Source: Octopus bimaculoides
Lineage: Eukaryota
Assembly (NCBI RefSeq): GCF_001194135.2
Contig: NC_068984.1
Span: forward strand, 20,101,467-20,165,466
Direction: 5' to 3'
DNA: 64,000 nt
Shown: in pieces, positions 37,034-52,192 of the stretch
Numbering within the stretch: the first letter of the stretch is position 1
Layout: each line of letters starts with the position of its first letter
Program-made: the position numbers and the translations under genes
Notes under the pieces: model-generated
Told to the model about the DNA's origin: nothing
Databases searched by the model: none
The model's input: the letters and a program-made list of their open reading frames with translations, nothing else

Positions 37034-38239
37034 CTGAAAGAACAAAGATAACTTTTCATATATCTTGGTAGTTTACATTTCAGATTTCATTAAATATTTC
37101 TGCAATATTTTCATATGTTAATATGACCAGGTAAACTACAATGTATCCGGCACTTCTAAATAGGTTTTGCTTTTGTTTTCGATTACCATTAAGCATGATT
37201 AAGAGCCTAAAAAAAACAAAAAAAATCAATCCGATGTACTGGACATAAGTTTTAGTTTTCACTAGGAAATTGTTTATTATGCTACTTGTCACAACTGAAG
37301 GATATATTACATCGATCAATACATGACATAGCCTTGGGCCAACCGAAACCGTGTGAGTGGATTTGGTAGACAGAAACTGAAAGAAGCCTCTCTGTGTGTG
37401 TTTCTGATGTTCCCCACTACTGCTTGACAACCAGTATTGGTGTGTTTGCATCATTGTAACTTAGCAGTTTGATAAAAGAGACTAACAGAGTCAACACCGG
37501 GCTTAAAAAGTAGAGTCCAATTCCTTCAACTAAAAACTCTTCCATGCAATGCCCCAGCATTGCCATAGTGTAATGACTGACACAAGGTAAATAAAAGATA
37601 TATATATATATATATATAAAAGGAAAATAGGTGGTGGTTGATAATGGTAGTGGTAGTGGTGGTATTGGCAATGATGATGATGGAGATACTGCCGAATAAC
37701 AGATGTGAGAGATCTAAGTAGCACCATCAATCAACTTTCTGGGACAATGATGGCAGCAAGCACCCCACTCGCACCCCACCGATAGATGTGGGTGGGTGAT
37801 GTGTCACCCAAGAACAGTAGATGTCAAAGATAAGCCACAGTCTACCACATACACATTCAATGTCAACAACACACACATAAATATCAGTAAATACAATATA
37901 ATCCGTTTACACACATACATACAAACAAACACATGCACAACCAAAGAGTATACAGACTCTACATGGTCACCTGCCCTGCAAGAAACAGCAGCCAAATAAC
38001 ACCCTATTATCATCATCATTCAATGTTCACTTTTCCATGTTTGCATGGGTTGAGACAGAAATTTTGAGGCAGATTTTCTACAGCTGGATGCTCTTCCTGC
38101 TGTCAACCCTCACCTGTTTCCAAACAAGGTAATATTTTCACTGAAGATTGGAAATGAAGGACATCACTCATATAGCAGTGACATTTGTTTTAAACTATCA
38201 CATGAAATTAAGGCAAGGGGACATTAACACACACACACA

Positions 38240-38435
38240 CAGACACACAAATACACACATATGTATAGACACACAAATATACATACATACACACCCACAC
38301 ATGTATAGACACACAAATACACACATGTATAGACATACAAATACACACACATGTATAGACACACAAATGCACACACACATGTATAGACACACAAATACAC
38401 ACACACATGTATAGACACACAAATACACACACACA
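38240..38435. repeat. Minisatellite, about 7 copies of a ~24-26-bp unit (acacacaaatacacacacatgtatag)
   Basis: Seen directly. Confidence 0.9.
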
Positions 38436-39479
38436 TACGTTTCTTTGAATTTCCATCTACCAAATCCACTTATAAGGCTTTGGTTGGCCTTTAGAAGACA
38501 TGTGCCTAAGGTGCCATGCCATAGGACTGAACCCAAGACCATAGAGTTGGGAAACAAACATCTTACCACACAGCCATGTCTGCACCTATCATCTGAAAAA
38601 TGGAAAGACATTAAATAATGTAATTATAGATACCCCTTAAAAAGACAGCATGCTTATGGTTGGAATGCCTTTGAACATAGGTCTACTCAATCAGGGTTGA
38701 CCTGGGGTTAAACAATAATGGCAACAACCACCAAAGACCCTCTGGACATATTAGAATGTATTTCTATGAGGGTGTGAAAGAAGTGGGTGGGGATTTACGC
38801 AAAGTAGAAGATAACAACTGCTATGTAGTTTCCTTCCGGCAAGAAAACCAAAAATTGTATTTACTGGCAGCAATATTCTTTATGGCGAGTGTATTGGATT
38901 ACAATATAATAATTTCAGTAAAGTAATGTTGTGAACGGTGGAAGGGAATAGTGGCAAAAATCATTCTTTTATATAAACCATCATAATATATGCCCATTGT
39001 TCAAAGGGTTGAATATATAAGAGGCTGAATCAATTACCCATGGGATCAGAGTTCTTATGTCAAAGAAAACAAATTTATTAGTAAAAGAAAGAAAAAATGT
39101 ACCAATCTACCAAAAGAGAATTTCTTTCCACCCCTTTCTTCACATCAAGACAAAAGTTAAATGTGTATTCACATAGAAACTTATTTATTCATATCCATCT
39201 GATATTTCCATATGTTGTCTTATTGATATTGCAGTGGGATTGGTGGAGAACACATAATAAAATATTGATATTCTGCAAAGGATGATCACTATATTTTGTG
39301 TTCAAATCCACCTAGGATTTTTTTTCTTTTTTCTCTTATCATTACATGATTTCTCTTTTCTTTTTTTTAACCCTAATTACCAGAGACTTACAAACAGCTT
39401 GCTTATGCAAATGCTATCAATTGAAAACTCTGCATACTGGACAACAGTAATTTTCAGGGGTCATTAACAGAGAATGCAC

Positions 39480-39670
39480 ACAGCTTCAGGGCCTTCCTCT
39501 CAACAGCTTTACAGGGCACTGGCTCCCTTGAGACAGATATGAGGTCCCCATCTACTGGATCAACTGACTAATATTCGATCTTAATTCCTTCAACCCAGGA
39601 TCATCAGCACCATTCCAAATGTGGAGTGATGTAGGTCTGACTTACAAGATGGGGGTGATAGAAAAAGCAT
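39480..39670 (-). mobile_element. Possible CR1/L2-like RT C-terminal relic
   Basis: Frameshifted YITPHLEWC...KAVERKALKL resembles xIRPHLEYC...LDAVQRKA. Confidence 0.35.
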
Positions 39671-40219
39671 AGTTTCCATTTTTAAACAATTAAAAAAGAG
39701 ACAATTATTATTGTAAAATGCTGGTTACATAGGATACTCTGTTGATAGAGTTGCTCTTCATTGTAACCATGGAGAAATTAATTTTGAGTTTCTCAAGTTA
39801 ACTCAGCTGCTTTAGTCAGTCTTGAGTTCAAAATTAATTTCATAGATGAGGGGCAGTTAGTATCAGCTGTCTCTAGTACCATTGGAACTCCCTTTTTTTT
39901 TTCATTTGTTGTAAGTCTGCTCTCAATCAGAGCTGGCCAGGAGCTAAATAGCAATCTACATGCAAGTAAAATTGGTTATGTCAAGGACACATTACACCAT
40001 TAGTGACAGGATATAAACTGTCACTCTCTTTATTAGTTGTCCAATACTCTAATCAAGTCAATCATGTCTATTTTATGACCAGCTTTACATATTCATGGCA
40101 ATATCTAAGACAGTTAACTGAGAATGACTGGGTTCAAATGTTACAATTTATAGAATAAATAATTTGAGATGGATTTCAATTAAAAGATGTATATAGAACA
40201 GAGAAGGAAATGTTCTTAC

Positions 40220-40295
40220 ATGTTTTTTCACAACAAGGTTCTTCACACCTTCCATAACAAATTGGGAACCCTGGTTCATCAGTTTGGAGAACATT
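40220..40295 (-). CDS. SCFD1: SCFD1 exon (76 nt, phase 2 to 0): MFSKLMNQGSQFVMEGVKNLVVKKH
   Basis: Acceptor ttattttattttccag and donor gtaaga. GSQFVMEGVKNLV is identical to the vertebrate SCFD1 motif. Confidence 0.97.
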
Positions 40296-41459
40296 CTGGA
40301 AAATAAAATAACAAAGTTTTTGTTCAGAGAAAAATTGGCAAGAATAAGGATTTCTAGCATGTAACATTTGGTAGTATAAAAGACACACATCAATTTCAGC
40401 AGTACATATTCAGGAAAAGAATTTTTTAGTGCTTTAAGACATGTAATATTTAAAGCAATTTTGAATATAGGACTGGATTAAATATGATGGGTATAAGAGC
40501 ACTTGTTTTTTGTTTTGTTTTGTTTTTGTTTTTTCAAGGTAGAAGAAACAATTACATCAACCTAGTACACAACTGGTACTTAGATGAACAGTAAAGTTGC
40601 ACCCCCCATCCAACTGGAATTCAGACATAACTAAATACCGAGAAACATTTTGTCTATCACTGAATGCACCATCAACAGATAAAAGCTGCCTCTGAACTCA
40701 ATATTAAGGACTTCTACAATTGACAGAAAGTCACAAATTTATATGTAAAGAAAGCAGGTTTGTGGACTGAAATATATCAATCAAAGACATGTTAAAGAAA
40801 GTCAGCTTGGGTAGAACTTGAAATCATTATGTAATAGAATAATTAAATACTGTTAGTAGAACAGTGGTCTAAATACCTAAGTGTGCCACTCCACTACATT
40901 CCTAACATGTCTGCATATTTTAGATATAGGTCTTCAGTAAAAAATATACCAACCATTAACCTGTGCAGTAGAGTGTCATATTATTAGAAGCAGACCTCAA
41001 TTATTTTCTTAATGCACTTACACCCAGACAATCCTGCAACTAGTTTCATATTTATAAAATGGTCTTTTTTCAACAATGTAATTTATATGTATATACATTT
41101 ATACATTCATATCAGTTCTGGCTAAAGCATAGAACAAGATAAACAACATTCTGTTCTAAATATAATTTGCTTCCATAAGAACTTTATAAGACTCAGTGGG
41201 ACTGTGAAGAAAAAGTTTCAATTTTCCTAATTGAAAGTATTATCACATGAAGAGATTGTTGTTGTTTGTTTTTTTTCAGCCTATATACTATAACTGATCC
41301 ATGCCAGATTGTGTGGCTAATGTTTATTTACATGTAACATAAGCAGTGCAGTGAGAAGTGTAAAATCAGCAGTTTATTCACAAAGAAAACTTGGAATAAG
41401 CCAACTCTTTCAGAATTTTGTAAAGAAGTAACAATCTTTAGTTTGAAATAGTGATAGCC

Positions 41460-41520
41460 NNNNNNNNNNNNNNNNNNNNNNNNNNNNNNNNNNNNNNNNN
41501 NNNNNNNNNNNNNNNNNNNN
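41460..41520. other. Assembly gap (61 N)
   Basis: N run followed by (GT)n. Confidence 1.
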
Positions 41521-41554
<34 letters not shown>

Positions 41555-41960
41555 CATCATCATCATCATCATCACCACCACCACCACCCCCATCATCATC
41601 ATCATCATTATTATTAAGGCAGTGAGTTGGCAGATTTGTATCACATTGGACAAAATGCTTAGCAGCATTCCATCTGTCTTTACATTCTGAGTTCAAATGC
41701 CACTGAGGTTAACTTTGCCTTTCACCCCAGTACTCAACTAGTAATCCCAAAAGGGATCAACAAAAAAAAAAAAGGAGTCAATAAAAAAGGGGTCAATAAA
41801 AGAAAGTACCAGTTGAGCACTGGGGTTGATTGTAATCAAATAACCCCTCCCCCAAAATTGCTGGCCTTGTGCCAAAATTTGAAATCAATATTTTCCCATG
41901 ACCAGACATGTTTTCATGAAAGACTATCATGCAATGTCAAGGTGGGGAGATGGTCATACT

Positions 41961-41991
<31 letters not shown>

Positions 41992-42639
41992 GCACCTTTT
42001 AGTTTTTATCTATCAAATTCACTCACAAGGCTTCTGGTCAACCCAAAGCTGTAGTAGAAGACTACTACAAAGTGCTGTGCAGTGAGACTGAACCTGAAAC
42101 GATGTGGAAGGGAAGCAGACTTCTTACCATTAAGAAGAAACAGTTTCTAAAAAAAGTTTTCAAGAAAAAGACTACAAAAATGATATGCATCTTACAAGTC
42201 ATCCAGTTTGGTAGTTGAAGTCAGTCTGAAGATAAATAAGGATTCCTTCACCCATGCCGGTGCCACATAAAAAAGTGCCCAATACACTCTGTAAAGTGGT
42301 TGGCATCAGGAAGGCATAGAAACCATGCCAAAACAGACAATTGGAGCTTAGTTCAACTCTCCAGCTGCTCAGCCCCTGAGTTACCATGGAAAACAAATGT
42401 TAAATGATAATGATGATGATGGTGAAGGTTATATATTTGTAGAGTGGTGAGTGTGTACAATCAACTGAATTGCCAAGAGGTACATTTATGAAACTTATTT
42501 CTGGTGAGAGTGAAATACAAAGCAAAACCGACTCCGACAGGAATTGAACTCAGAAATGTTGAAATACCAGTACTTAATATCGGCTCCTTATGTTCTATCA
42601 TCTGCCATTTGAAGATAAATTATAACAACAATGGTTGTT

Positions 42640-42960
42640 TCTGATGAAAACAATATTGCTGCTGCTACTGATGATGATGAGGTAGAAGAGGTGGAGGAAA
42701 AGGAAGGGTGATGATAATGAAGATAATGATGAAGACCACAAGAACAACAGTGATGAGAAGACAGTGATTGATGATGAGTGATGATATCTTTATTTGCCAT
42801 AAAAGCAGAAATTGAATAAATAAATAAAATAAAAAGCAAACAGTTAAACAGACAATTAGAAATTGAGTTTGTAAAATAAAAATTACGATTACGGTGATGG
42901 AGTGTTGGTAGAGGAAGAGATGAAAATGATGATGGTGAACTCATAGTAAAAGTAGAAATG
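42640..42960. repeat. Degenerate trinucleotide (GAT/GAG/TGC) low-complexity tract
   Basis: Seen directly. Confidence 0.75.
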
Positions 42961-43514
42961 AGAAGGTACAATTGTTCTACATCAGTGAAAGGGACATGGT
43001 GTATAAAAAGGGAGTCATACAATTTCTACAATCTATTTATTAAACCGAAGTATCCCCACTGCAGTCTGTTTATTGAAACCTACTGAATGTGCAGCCAAGT
43101 GGTCATTCAGGTTCAAGCTTCAGTGATCACTGCTGACATAATCGCTCAATGAAAGCTATTTGACGAGATTTAGCACGTGGTCAATGTTTTAACACACCAC
43201 AGGACAATACATTGCACCAATATAACAATATTAATTATTAAATGCAACACCCACGTAGACAATGCAGGAAATCAATATTGGTTAATTGTCAAACAATGCT
43301 TATCGTCTGGCAGGTGTTTTGGAACAGAATTGCGTTCAACCATGTGAAAATTTACAAAATTCTGTTTATTCTCAAACACTATTCCTGTCCTTTTTTTTTT
43401 TTTTCTCACTCATTTCACTAAATACCTGCTCAACAGGTTTAGCTGAAAAATTCTCTCCACATTACTTTCTGTTGTTAGGTCAACATCTCATTAACCTTTA
43501 TCCAATCCCTTCCC

Positions 43515-43916
43515 TTCTTTTACTTGTTTCAGTCCTTTGACTGTGGCCATGCTGGAGCACCACCTTTAGTTGAGCAAATCGGCCCCAAGACTTATTCTTT
43601 GTAAGCCTAGTACTTATTCTATCGGTCTCTTTTGCCGAACTACTAAGTTTACGGGGACCACACCACTATCGGTTGTCAAGTCATGTTGGGGGAACAAACA
43701 GAGACAAAAATATACACACATAAACATATATATATATATATATACATACATACGATGGGCTTCTTTCAGTTTCCATCTACCAAATCCACTCACAAGGCTT
43801 TGGTCAGCTCGAGGCTATAGTAGAAGACACTTGTCCAAGGTGCCACGGAGTGGGAATGAACCAAGAACCATGTTGTTGGTAAGCAAGCTACTTACCACAC
43901 AGCCACTCCTGCACCT
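43515..43916 (-). mobile_element. Near full-length family A SINE
   Basis: Closely similar to 59341-59727, with a tRNA-like head, central (TA)n and (taaaagag)-like tail. Confidence 0.85.
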
Positions 43917-43975
43917 CCCTATTATTAAATTCAACTTTAGCCTTCAAAGGACTATCCCCAACCAAGATACAAAAT

Positions 43976-44054
43976 NNNNNNNNNNNNNNNNNNNNNNNNN
44001 NNNNNNNNNNNNNNNNNNNNNNNNNNNNNNNNNNNNNNNNNNNNNNNNNNNNNN
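43976..44054. other. Assembly gap (79 N)
   Basis: N run. Confidence 1.
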
Positions 44055-44978
44055 TATAAACATCATTTAATGTTCGTTTCCATGCATGGCTTGGGGAGGA
44101 GCTGCCAAGGCCAGGAGTCACACCAGGTTTCAGAATTTGTTTTGGTATGGTTTCTACAGCTGGACGCTCTTCCTAATGCCAACCACTTTACAGAGTATAC
44201 TGGGTGCATCTTACATGGCACCAGTGTGTGTGTGGAGGAGGGGGGGGGTAATAGGTACAGTCGTGATTCTGTGGTTAAGAAGCTTATTTTCCAACTATGT
44301 AGTCTCGGGTTCAGTCCTACTGTGGAGTTCCTTGGGCAAATGTCATCTACAAGGCCAGCCAAAGCCTTGTGATTGTATTTGGAAGATGGAAACTGTAAGA
44401 AAACTATCTTATATGTATGTGACTGTGTGTATGTGTGTAATAATGCTTAGCCATCATGTGATAATTGCCTGAAAACAGGTGAGGTTGGCAACAGGAATCC
44501 AGCTGTAAAAAAAAACTGCCTCAACAAATTCCATCTGACCCATGCATGCATAGAAAAGTGTACCTTAAATGATGACGATGATTATAACGTCACCTTCTAC
44601 TGTCTGCCTTCTCCATTCAGTGAGATTGAACCCAAGACCACATGGTTAATAAAAGTGTATGTATATCTCATCATCATTTAACATCCATTGTCCATGCTGG
44701 CATGGGTTGGACGGTTTGACTGGACTGGCATGCTGGAAGGCATTTGACGAGATTTAGCATGTGGTCAATGTTTTAACACACCGTGGGACAATACATTGCA
44801 CCAATATAACAATATTAATTTGGCAACCACTAATAAAGCACATTACACTACCTCTGGCATTCGAATACTATTTTTTCCACCTTGTTTCGCATATATGTGC
44901 TAACTCCGGTATATCTATCTATCTATCTATATATTACACCACCTGTCCTTGTCTGTTGTTTTTTTTGTAAATTCTCCC

Positions 44979-45009
<31 letters not shown>

Positions 45010-48000
45010 CAATGATTGAAAGATATGTCACTGAAGATGCCTTTATATTTCAACACACAGGTATCAACAAAAAAGGGCTCTTTTGCTTTATTATCAGACC
45101 CTTTTGTGTGCTACTAAAAAAGATTCCCTTCAGCAATATTCACCAATTACAATCTTCACCATCATTAAATTCTTCCTTAAATCCATGGAATATGTCCAAA
45201 ACTTAGAGACGGTATATCTCATTACATCACATTAAGTTGGATATTAATTCAAGTGATTAAGAAGGTTTCTTTAAAATTGACACAAGACAGTATGCTCTTT
45301 GATGATGATGGTGGCAGCAGTGGTTATGGCAGTGGTGTTACTTCCATTATCAGAGTTAGAGAACAGTGTCGACAATGATTGTGATGGTGATGATAAAACC
45401 AGTGTAGACAGACAATGTTATCTGCCCAACTAATGCAATGATAACCACTCTAATAAAACTAAGCTGATTCTTACTTCAGCAATACCTTTACTAAGAAAGC
45501 CGTTATCTGTTACATTGAAATCAGGTGGAGGAGAAATTCCTTATAATTCCTCACAGATCTTTTGGCAGAATACATTAACATGAGCGTATGGAGGTGGTTT
45601 ATGAGCAGGAGATGTGAATTGTGTTTTATGAGTTTACTGTTTGGTTAGAATGAAAATATGTATAAACGAGAGAGAGAGAGAGAGGGAGAGAGAGGGGGGG
45701 GGGAGAAAATGTGTGTGTGTGTGTGTGTGTCTACATGTGAACATAGTTGTATATGATTATGAGTTTGCTATATAGCATGATTGACTCAGTGTGTGTGTGT
45801 GTGTGATGATAATGATGTTACATATATATCACCATAACATCTCATCACCGTTTTACATCTGCTTTCTATGCAGGCATGGGTTGGATGGACACACACATAC
45901 GTTCACACACATACGTTCACACACATACGTTCACACACATCTGTGTGTGCATTTAGAGTGTGTGTCTAGGCTTGTGAATGTAATGATTGTGCACACTAAA
46001 CCGAGGATATAATTATCAATGTGAATGATAAACAGAAAGGAGGAAGAGAGAGAGAGAAGTAAACAATCATTCAATAGGCTTTCAAGTGTTAAACAGTGTC
46101 CAAGTTGTTATAATAATGTGTCTCTTATATGTCTGTATTGAAGATGTTGATGATTAAACCAGCAGTGAGAAAAGAGGGAGTTTAGAAGATACCATAGGTA
46201 AATAATTGAAAACTATTAAAAATATTTCTTACATCACCACTACCATTACTATGGAACTAACCAGAAAAAAAGAAAACTGGTTTAAAATGGTGGAAATAAT
46301 GACATAAGAGTCTTTAAATGCTTTTCATGATTCCTGGAAGAATAATATATTTATAGATAAAAATAATAAAATACTGATGGCAATTATGATTTTGAATTTA
46401 GAATGTCTCTTTCACTCTTTTCTTTCCTCTTACACAGGCAAACTTTTTCGTAATTTAAAACCTCATATCCTGGTCCTGTCATATAACAACCTAGTACACT
46501 TTTAGATTTCCTAATGTAGATTTTGATTAACAATTAACAAATTACGGAATCTTTTCATGCTTCAGCCTCCAAGGAGGACTTATCGTGTAGTCTTGTAGCC
46601 AGTTATATCTTGCAGTAATATTGGTTTCAAATTTTAGCACAAAGCCAGCAATTTTTGGTGGGGTGGTGAGTGGGAGTCGATTATATCAACCCCAGTGCTC
46701 AACTGGTGCTCATTCTATTGCCCCCTAAAGGATGAAAAGCAAAGTCAACCTCAGGGGAATTTGAACTCCCACCCATGCCAGCATGGAAGGCAGACGTTAA
46801 ATGATGATGATGAAGAATACACAAATGAACAAGATGCTGCCTGTCATGCTAGTGACTCTGCCAGCTTCTTGCAGTAATACTGTGATTAATTCCTTCTCAC
46901 CCAAACCCAGCCCTACCACAAAATGACTGTCTACTTGTAGAAGTCCTTGAGTTATTGAGACACAGCAGCCTATTTGCTATTTCCTATCAACAAATGGTTC
47001 CATTTCTGTTTACATTTATCTATCATCAGTTTTATGAAAGCAGCATGTATGCACAAACAAACAAACAAACAAACAAACAAACACACACACTATGGCAGTG
47101 CATCTTTCTATAATATGTCATTTACATGCATGATCTAGTCATGATATAAGACTGTCTTTATATGGTTGTTCAACAAAAAAAGACCCAGATGTAAAGTGGT
47201 TGGGGCTAGGAAGGGCATCCAACAATTAAAAAAAAAAAAGAATTATGCCAAGGTAGACATTATTGGAGCTTGATGAAGTCCTTGGACATATTGGAGCCTG
47301 TCTTTATATGGTTGTTCAACCTGCAAGAAACAGCAGCAAAATCTCACCCAAATTACACCCTACTTTCTTCAAAAAAGAAGGATATATTTGGTAATGTAAT
47401 CCTAGATATCCTGTCTGAAAAAAAACAAAAAGAACTTCATGGTCAGATTTAGAAAGCCTTTGATTATAGGACCGCTTGATTTAGACAATGAAGAATCATC
47501 ACTTCTTTAATAGTTGCATTTCAGTGGCAATTTCTGACTTGATCCACAGTGCATTTCTCTCACAGAAGAATAGGTGTACTACACTAAAGGATACCTGCAC
47601 ATAATGGCAACTCAAACAGGCCTCTCCAAGTAACAAACAACATTCCCATTTAAATCTTGTGTCAGAAATTAAGAGAAAGAAGTAACTGACCTAGAGGTCA
47701 ATAAAGTTTTCTAATTTGAAAAGTAGAACAGGTTGACTCAGTACTGTACCATTCAGCAATACACATGGATTAATAACCCATTCTTTACATTATAAGACCA
47801 GCTTGTTTCCAGCTGACTATCTTAACTTCTTCCACCATCAATGCCTAGCTAGCATAGGCTTATTTAACCTATATCTTAGAGTCTCTTACACTTTTGATAG
47901 TCTTTAATGATTGCTTGGATATTATGCCTGTGTTGGTGTTGTAGTTTTCTTCTTTCTATTTGCTAGCCCAGAACTCCACTAACTTGTCTGGTCTCAAACC

Positions 48001-50051
48001 ACTTAAATGGGCGACAGCTGTTGTCCTATGTTATAGACCACTTTTATTTTGAGTAAACAAGTTGTTACTCTTCTAACTTTAGTTGCATATTTTCTATAAT
48101 GCAATTGATTCAGCTAACAATTTCTTTCTTATTTACTTGCAAATCCTGAACTATTAATAGCCTGTACTATGCAGATATCTTTAAATCATTCAAAATTCCA
48201 AATTATTTATAATTTACTATGTCTAAACAAGCCATTCACTGCCCTTCAACTCTTCATTCTGTCCTTTAATTTATATTCTCATTTATTACAATCTTCATTC
48301 TTGTCTTTTATATCTATATTCTTTACCCTAGCTACAGTCTTTCCTATTATAATATCCATATTGTCTACTTTTATTAAATAGCATTGTAGTTGTTGATGAC
48401 ATCAAGTAAAGTATGTTTGATACAGATTTGGTTTGGTAAGAGCCATGCACAAAATTCTTGACCATTAAGCCTCTTGGTAACTTTTGGGTGCCTTATTGCC
48501 ATTATCTATGTCTTGCAGCTCCTAATTGTTTTCTCTTTTTCCCCTCACCCACCCATTTTCTCCAACTAAATGTGAGTAGCCATGCAGATCCCTCTGTAGG
48601 AATGTGCTGTCCCTTGACTCCAAAGTAATTCCCCTCATTCCCTAGCATGAAGCTGACCACCACCACCCCACCTCTCACAGAGCTCGTAGTCCTGCAAGCT
48701 GCATGGTGATCTCTATATTGCAGAAAGCACAAAAAAAAGGACCCAGATGTAAAGTGGTTGGAGTTAGGAAGGGCATCCAACAATTAAAAAAAAAAAAAGA
48801 ATTATGCCAAGGCAGACATTGGAGCTTGATGACGTCCTTGGACATATTGGAGCCTGTAAAATTGTCCAACCCATGCCAGCATGAAACATGGACATTAAAT
48901 GATGATGCAGACAGACAGTTGTCAAGCAGTGGCGGAAGACAAACATAAACACATACATACATATGTATATAGTGAACTACTGTTGGATGAAACCTCAACA
49001 AGCTGGCTTATCTATGTTAGTTCTCAATCTACAATGTGTGTGCGTGTGTGTCAGCGAAAGATATACACAATGGTGAGAAATTGCTAATAAATCATTGTAC
49101 TAAAAAAAAAAAAAAGTACCAATACCCTGTGGTATTTCATCCTCCCCAGTTAGCAAGCACAGACATGCCACTTGTCATTGGATAATGCAATGAACCAAAG
49201 ATTGGAACACTGAAAATCTATAACCAATGATGTTTATTCACAGAAACCTGATGTTAAAAAACTAAATAAAATAAGTGCTTTGTGAATTTAATTAATTGTG
49301 CTTTCCCCCAAAAATATGGAGACTTTGTACTGATGTTTGAACTCTTAATTTTTTTTTATTTAAACACTGAGAATTTTTCATTGTAACAAAAATAATGATG
49401 TAAAATTGTTAAATTAATTAGAGAACATAATTAGAAGGACAACATTTAATTAAGCAATATTTGTTCACTCAATTATATTTTCTACTTTGTTTCAAAATAT
49501 AAGCATGAATTTGGTATCCAATCTGAGGTTAATTAAATAAATTTTTGTCCAATTTGATTATTGAAATTGTTTTAAATTATATAATTCCTGTTTCATTCGC
49601 TTTTTAATTATTTTGGTCTTTTTATTTTCTGTATTTTTATTAATTTAATTTTAGAAAGAAAATGGTAGAGTGACAAAGGAGTTAGACTACGGGGTTTTAT
49701 ATTGTAAGATGACATCCACTACAAAAGTTTTATAGTTTCCTTGAGCAGTTTATCATCACAATCAATATCATCTTTTAATGTCCACTTTTCCATGCTTGTA
49801 TGGGTTGGACAGAATACTTGGAGGATTTTTTACAGCCAGATGCCCTTCCTGTTACCAACCCTCATCTGTTTCCAGGCAAGGTAACATTTCCTCATAAGCA
49901 GATAGGTTTTCATGGAAGACTGAATTGAAGGACACCGCTTACATAATGGTAACACTTGTTTACAGTTATTGAATGATATCAAAGCAAGGACACACACAAA
50001 CTGATCAAACAACTGAATTTAATTCACATCAAACAGACATTTAGCATGCGC

Positions 50052-50093
<42 letters not shown>

Positions 50094-52192
50094 TATTTAT
50101 GGGTAAGAAGGTTACCAATGGTTTCACGCAGAGAGAAATCACTTGACAATTATCAAACCTGCCACATGGGGATGTTGGTATTCATTTCCATCTTAGATAT
50201 GCCTAGGTATACTCCAAAGATTCAGCTCCTAGATGTGCCATAATCACTGTTTAGTTGCATATCATTTTAGTCTTTTTACTACTTCTTCCAAGTATGGTGC
50301 AATTGTTAAGGTTTTGAAGGAAAATCCTTAGTCATAGTTGATGTCCTTAGGTGTTGCTAGCAAAAGAGAAAAGGTGTTGCTGTTGTTTTGCCAAAGGTCA
50401 ACCTCATGGAGCTGACTGCTGATCAATGACAGTCCAACCATGAACTTCTATCCTATTTTTACAAACAGTGTATCTAGGACTACATTATTTAATGTGTCCT
50501 CTAAGATGGCAGCATGTGATTTATGAGATATTTGGCAAGTGCTTGGAGACTGTCTTTAACTTGCTAGGAGAGAAGTGAAGGGATTTGGAAGGTGATAATT
50601 ATAGCCTATTCTTACCCAGTGTCTAAGTATTTGATGTAGGATTTGATAGCTGAAGTGTAGCTATACCTGGGGAATAGTTAGAGGAAGTATCCATGATGTT
50701 ATCTGAGTATGAGGCTATGTATATGGTTCATAGGGTTTAGGGAGAAGGTAAGGGGTCTATAATGTCACGTTTCTAACAGAGATTAGAAGGTCTTTACTAA
50801 TTTAAACATTTGCACAATTAGCTGAAAGAAAACTGTTTTACTATCTGCAAATCATTCAACTTTTGAAATGGGGATTGTAAATATTTGTGATAGGTTGACA
50901 ATGGCTTACTTAAGGGCTCAAAGCAATGTCTTTCTGGATTAGTAATTCATTCAGTACACAAATCATTCTGCCAAAACACTTAAGTTAGGAATCAAGTATC
51001 TAGGACAGTAATTGTTGATGGCCTGAAACAAGAATAGACTAATAGCTAAGTTGAATGTACAACAGCATGTCTATACTTGACCAAGTCCATTTATAACTTA
51101 AATTTACAACCATCTCTAATTAGGCTAATTAAATTACAAAATAATTTTCAATTACAGGAATGCAAAAACAAAATGAGAGCCACAATTGACCAACTAGTAA
51201 AAATTTCACTGCTAACTAAACGGTTCACAGTTCAAATACACTCCCAATCATTATTCAAGTCCCTGGCAAAATTAGTTAATCTTCAAAGACCAATTCTACC
51301 AAGATATAAATACATAACATCAGTGGGTACAACAGTATATTGTATATGTTAAATATGCTAAATAACTAACTAGTTTTGTTAGGTCACACATAAAATTATA
51401 CAAGGTTTTAATTAAAATCAGGATGTGTTAAACAAGAGGTTTTGCATCACAGAAAACCGGAAATGGTCCTAGACAAGTTGGTATCAAAAAGAGTTAATGC
51501 GCAATTAAAACAAGAGTAATGGGAAGAGAGCAAAAAGAAAAGTTGAAACAGAAAATGTACCTTGAGCAAAAAAATAATAATAATATAGTGAGTGAGATAT
51601 TTTGATCTTAAAAGAGGCAGAGAGACAAAATTCAACATCTGAAGATTAGTAGGAAATGGAAGATATGGTCAAGGTTGGAATATGAGTCATTGATATTAGC
51701 AAAAACAAGGAAGAAGTTCTCAGGACATTTTAGTGTTAGTCTTGTTTGTCCATTCTAGAGTAGAACGGAAAGTCTTATAAATTTATTTACATCAACTGGT
51801 ACACTTTTTACACGACTTGCTTGACTATGCATGGAGAATTTGTCAATAGAGAAAAGAAACGTTTAAAAATAGATGAGGTTTCTAGTTGTTGTAAGAAAGT
51901 TTATAATGATTACATCATCATTGTCATTTAACATCTGTTTTCCATGCTAGCATGGGTTGAGCAGTCTAACAGGAGCTGGTAAGGCCAGAATTAATTCATT
52001 CTAAACATACAACTTTATCAAGAAAACGTGAACACTAAAATTACTGTATTTGACAGCATAAAAGACACATAGACATAGTAAACACACCCCAATTTCAGCA
52101 GCTCATATTCAGTTTTAGTTTAGGCCCAACTTTGTATACAGGATTTAGTGAAACATTTTTTTTTTTATAAATGTGTTCTATATGCCATCAAA

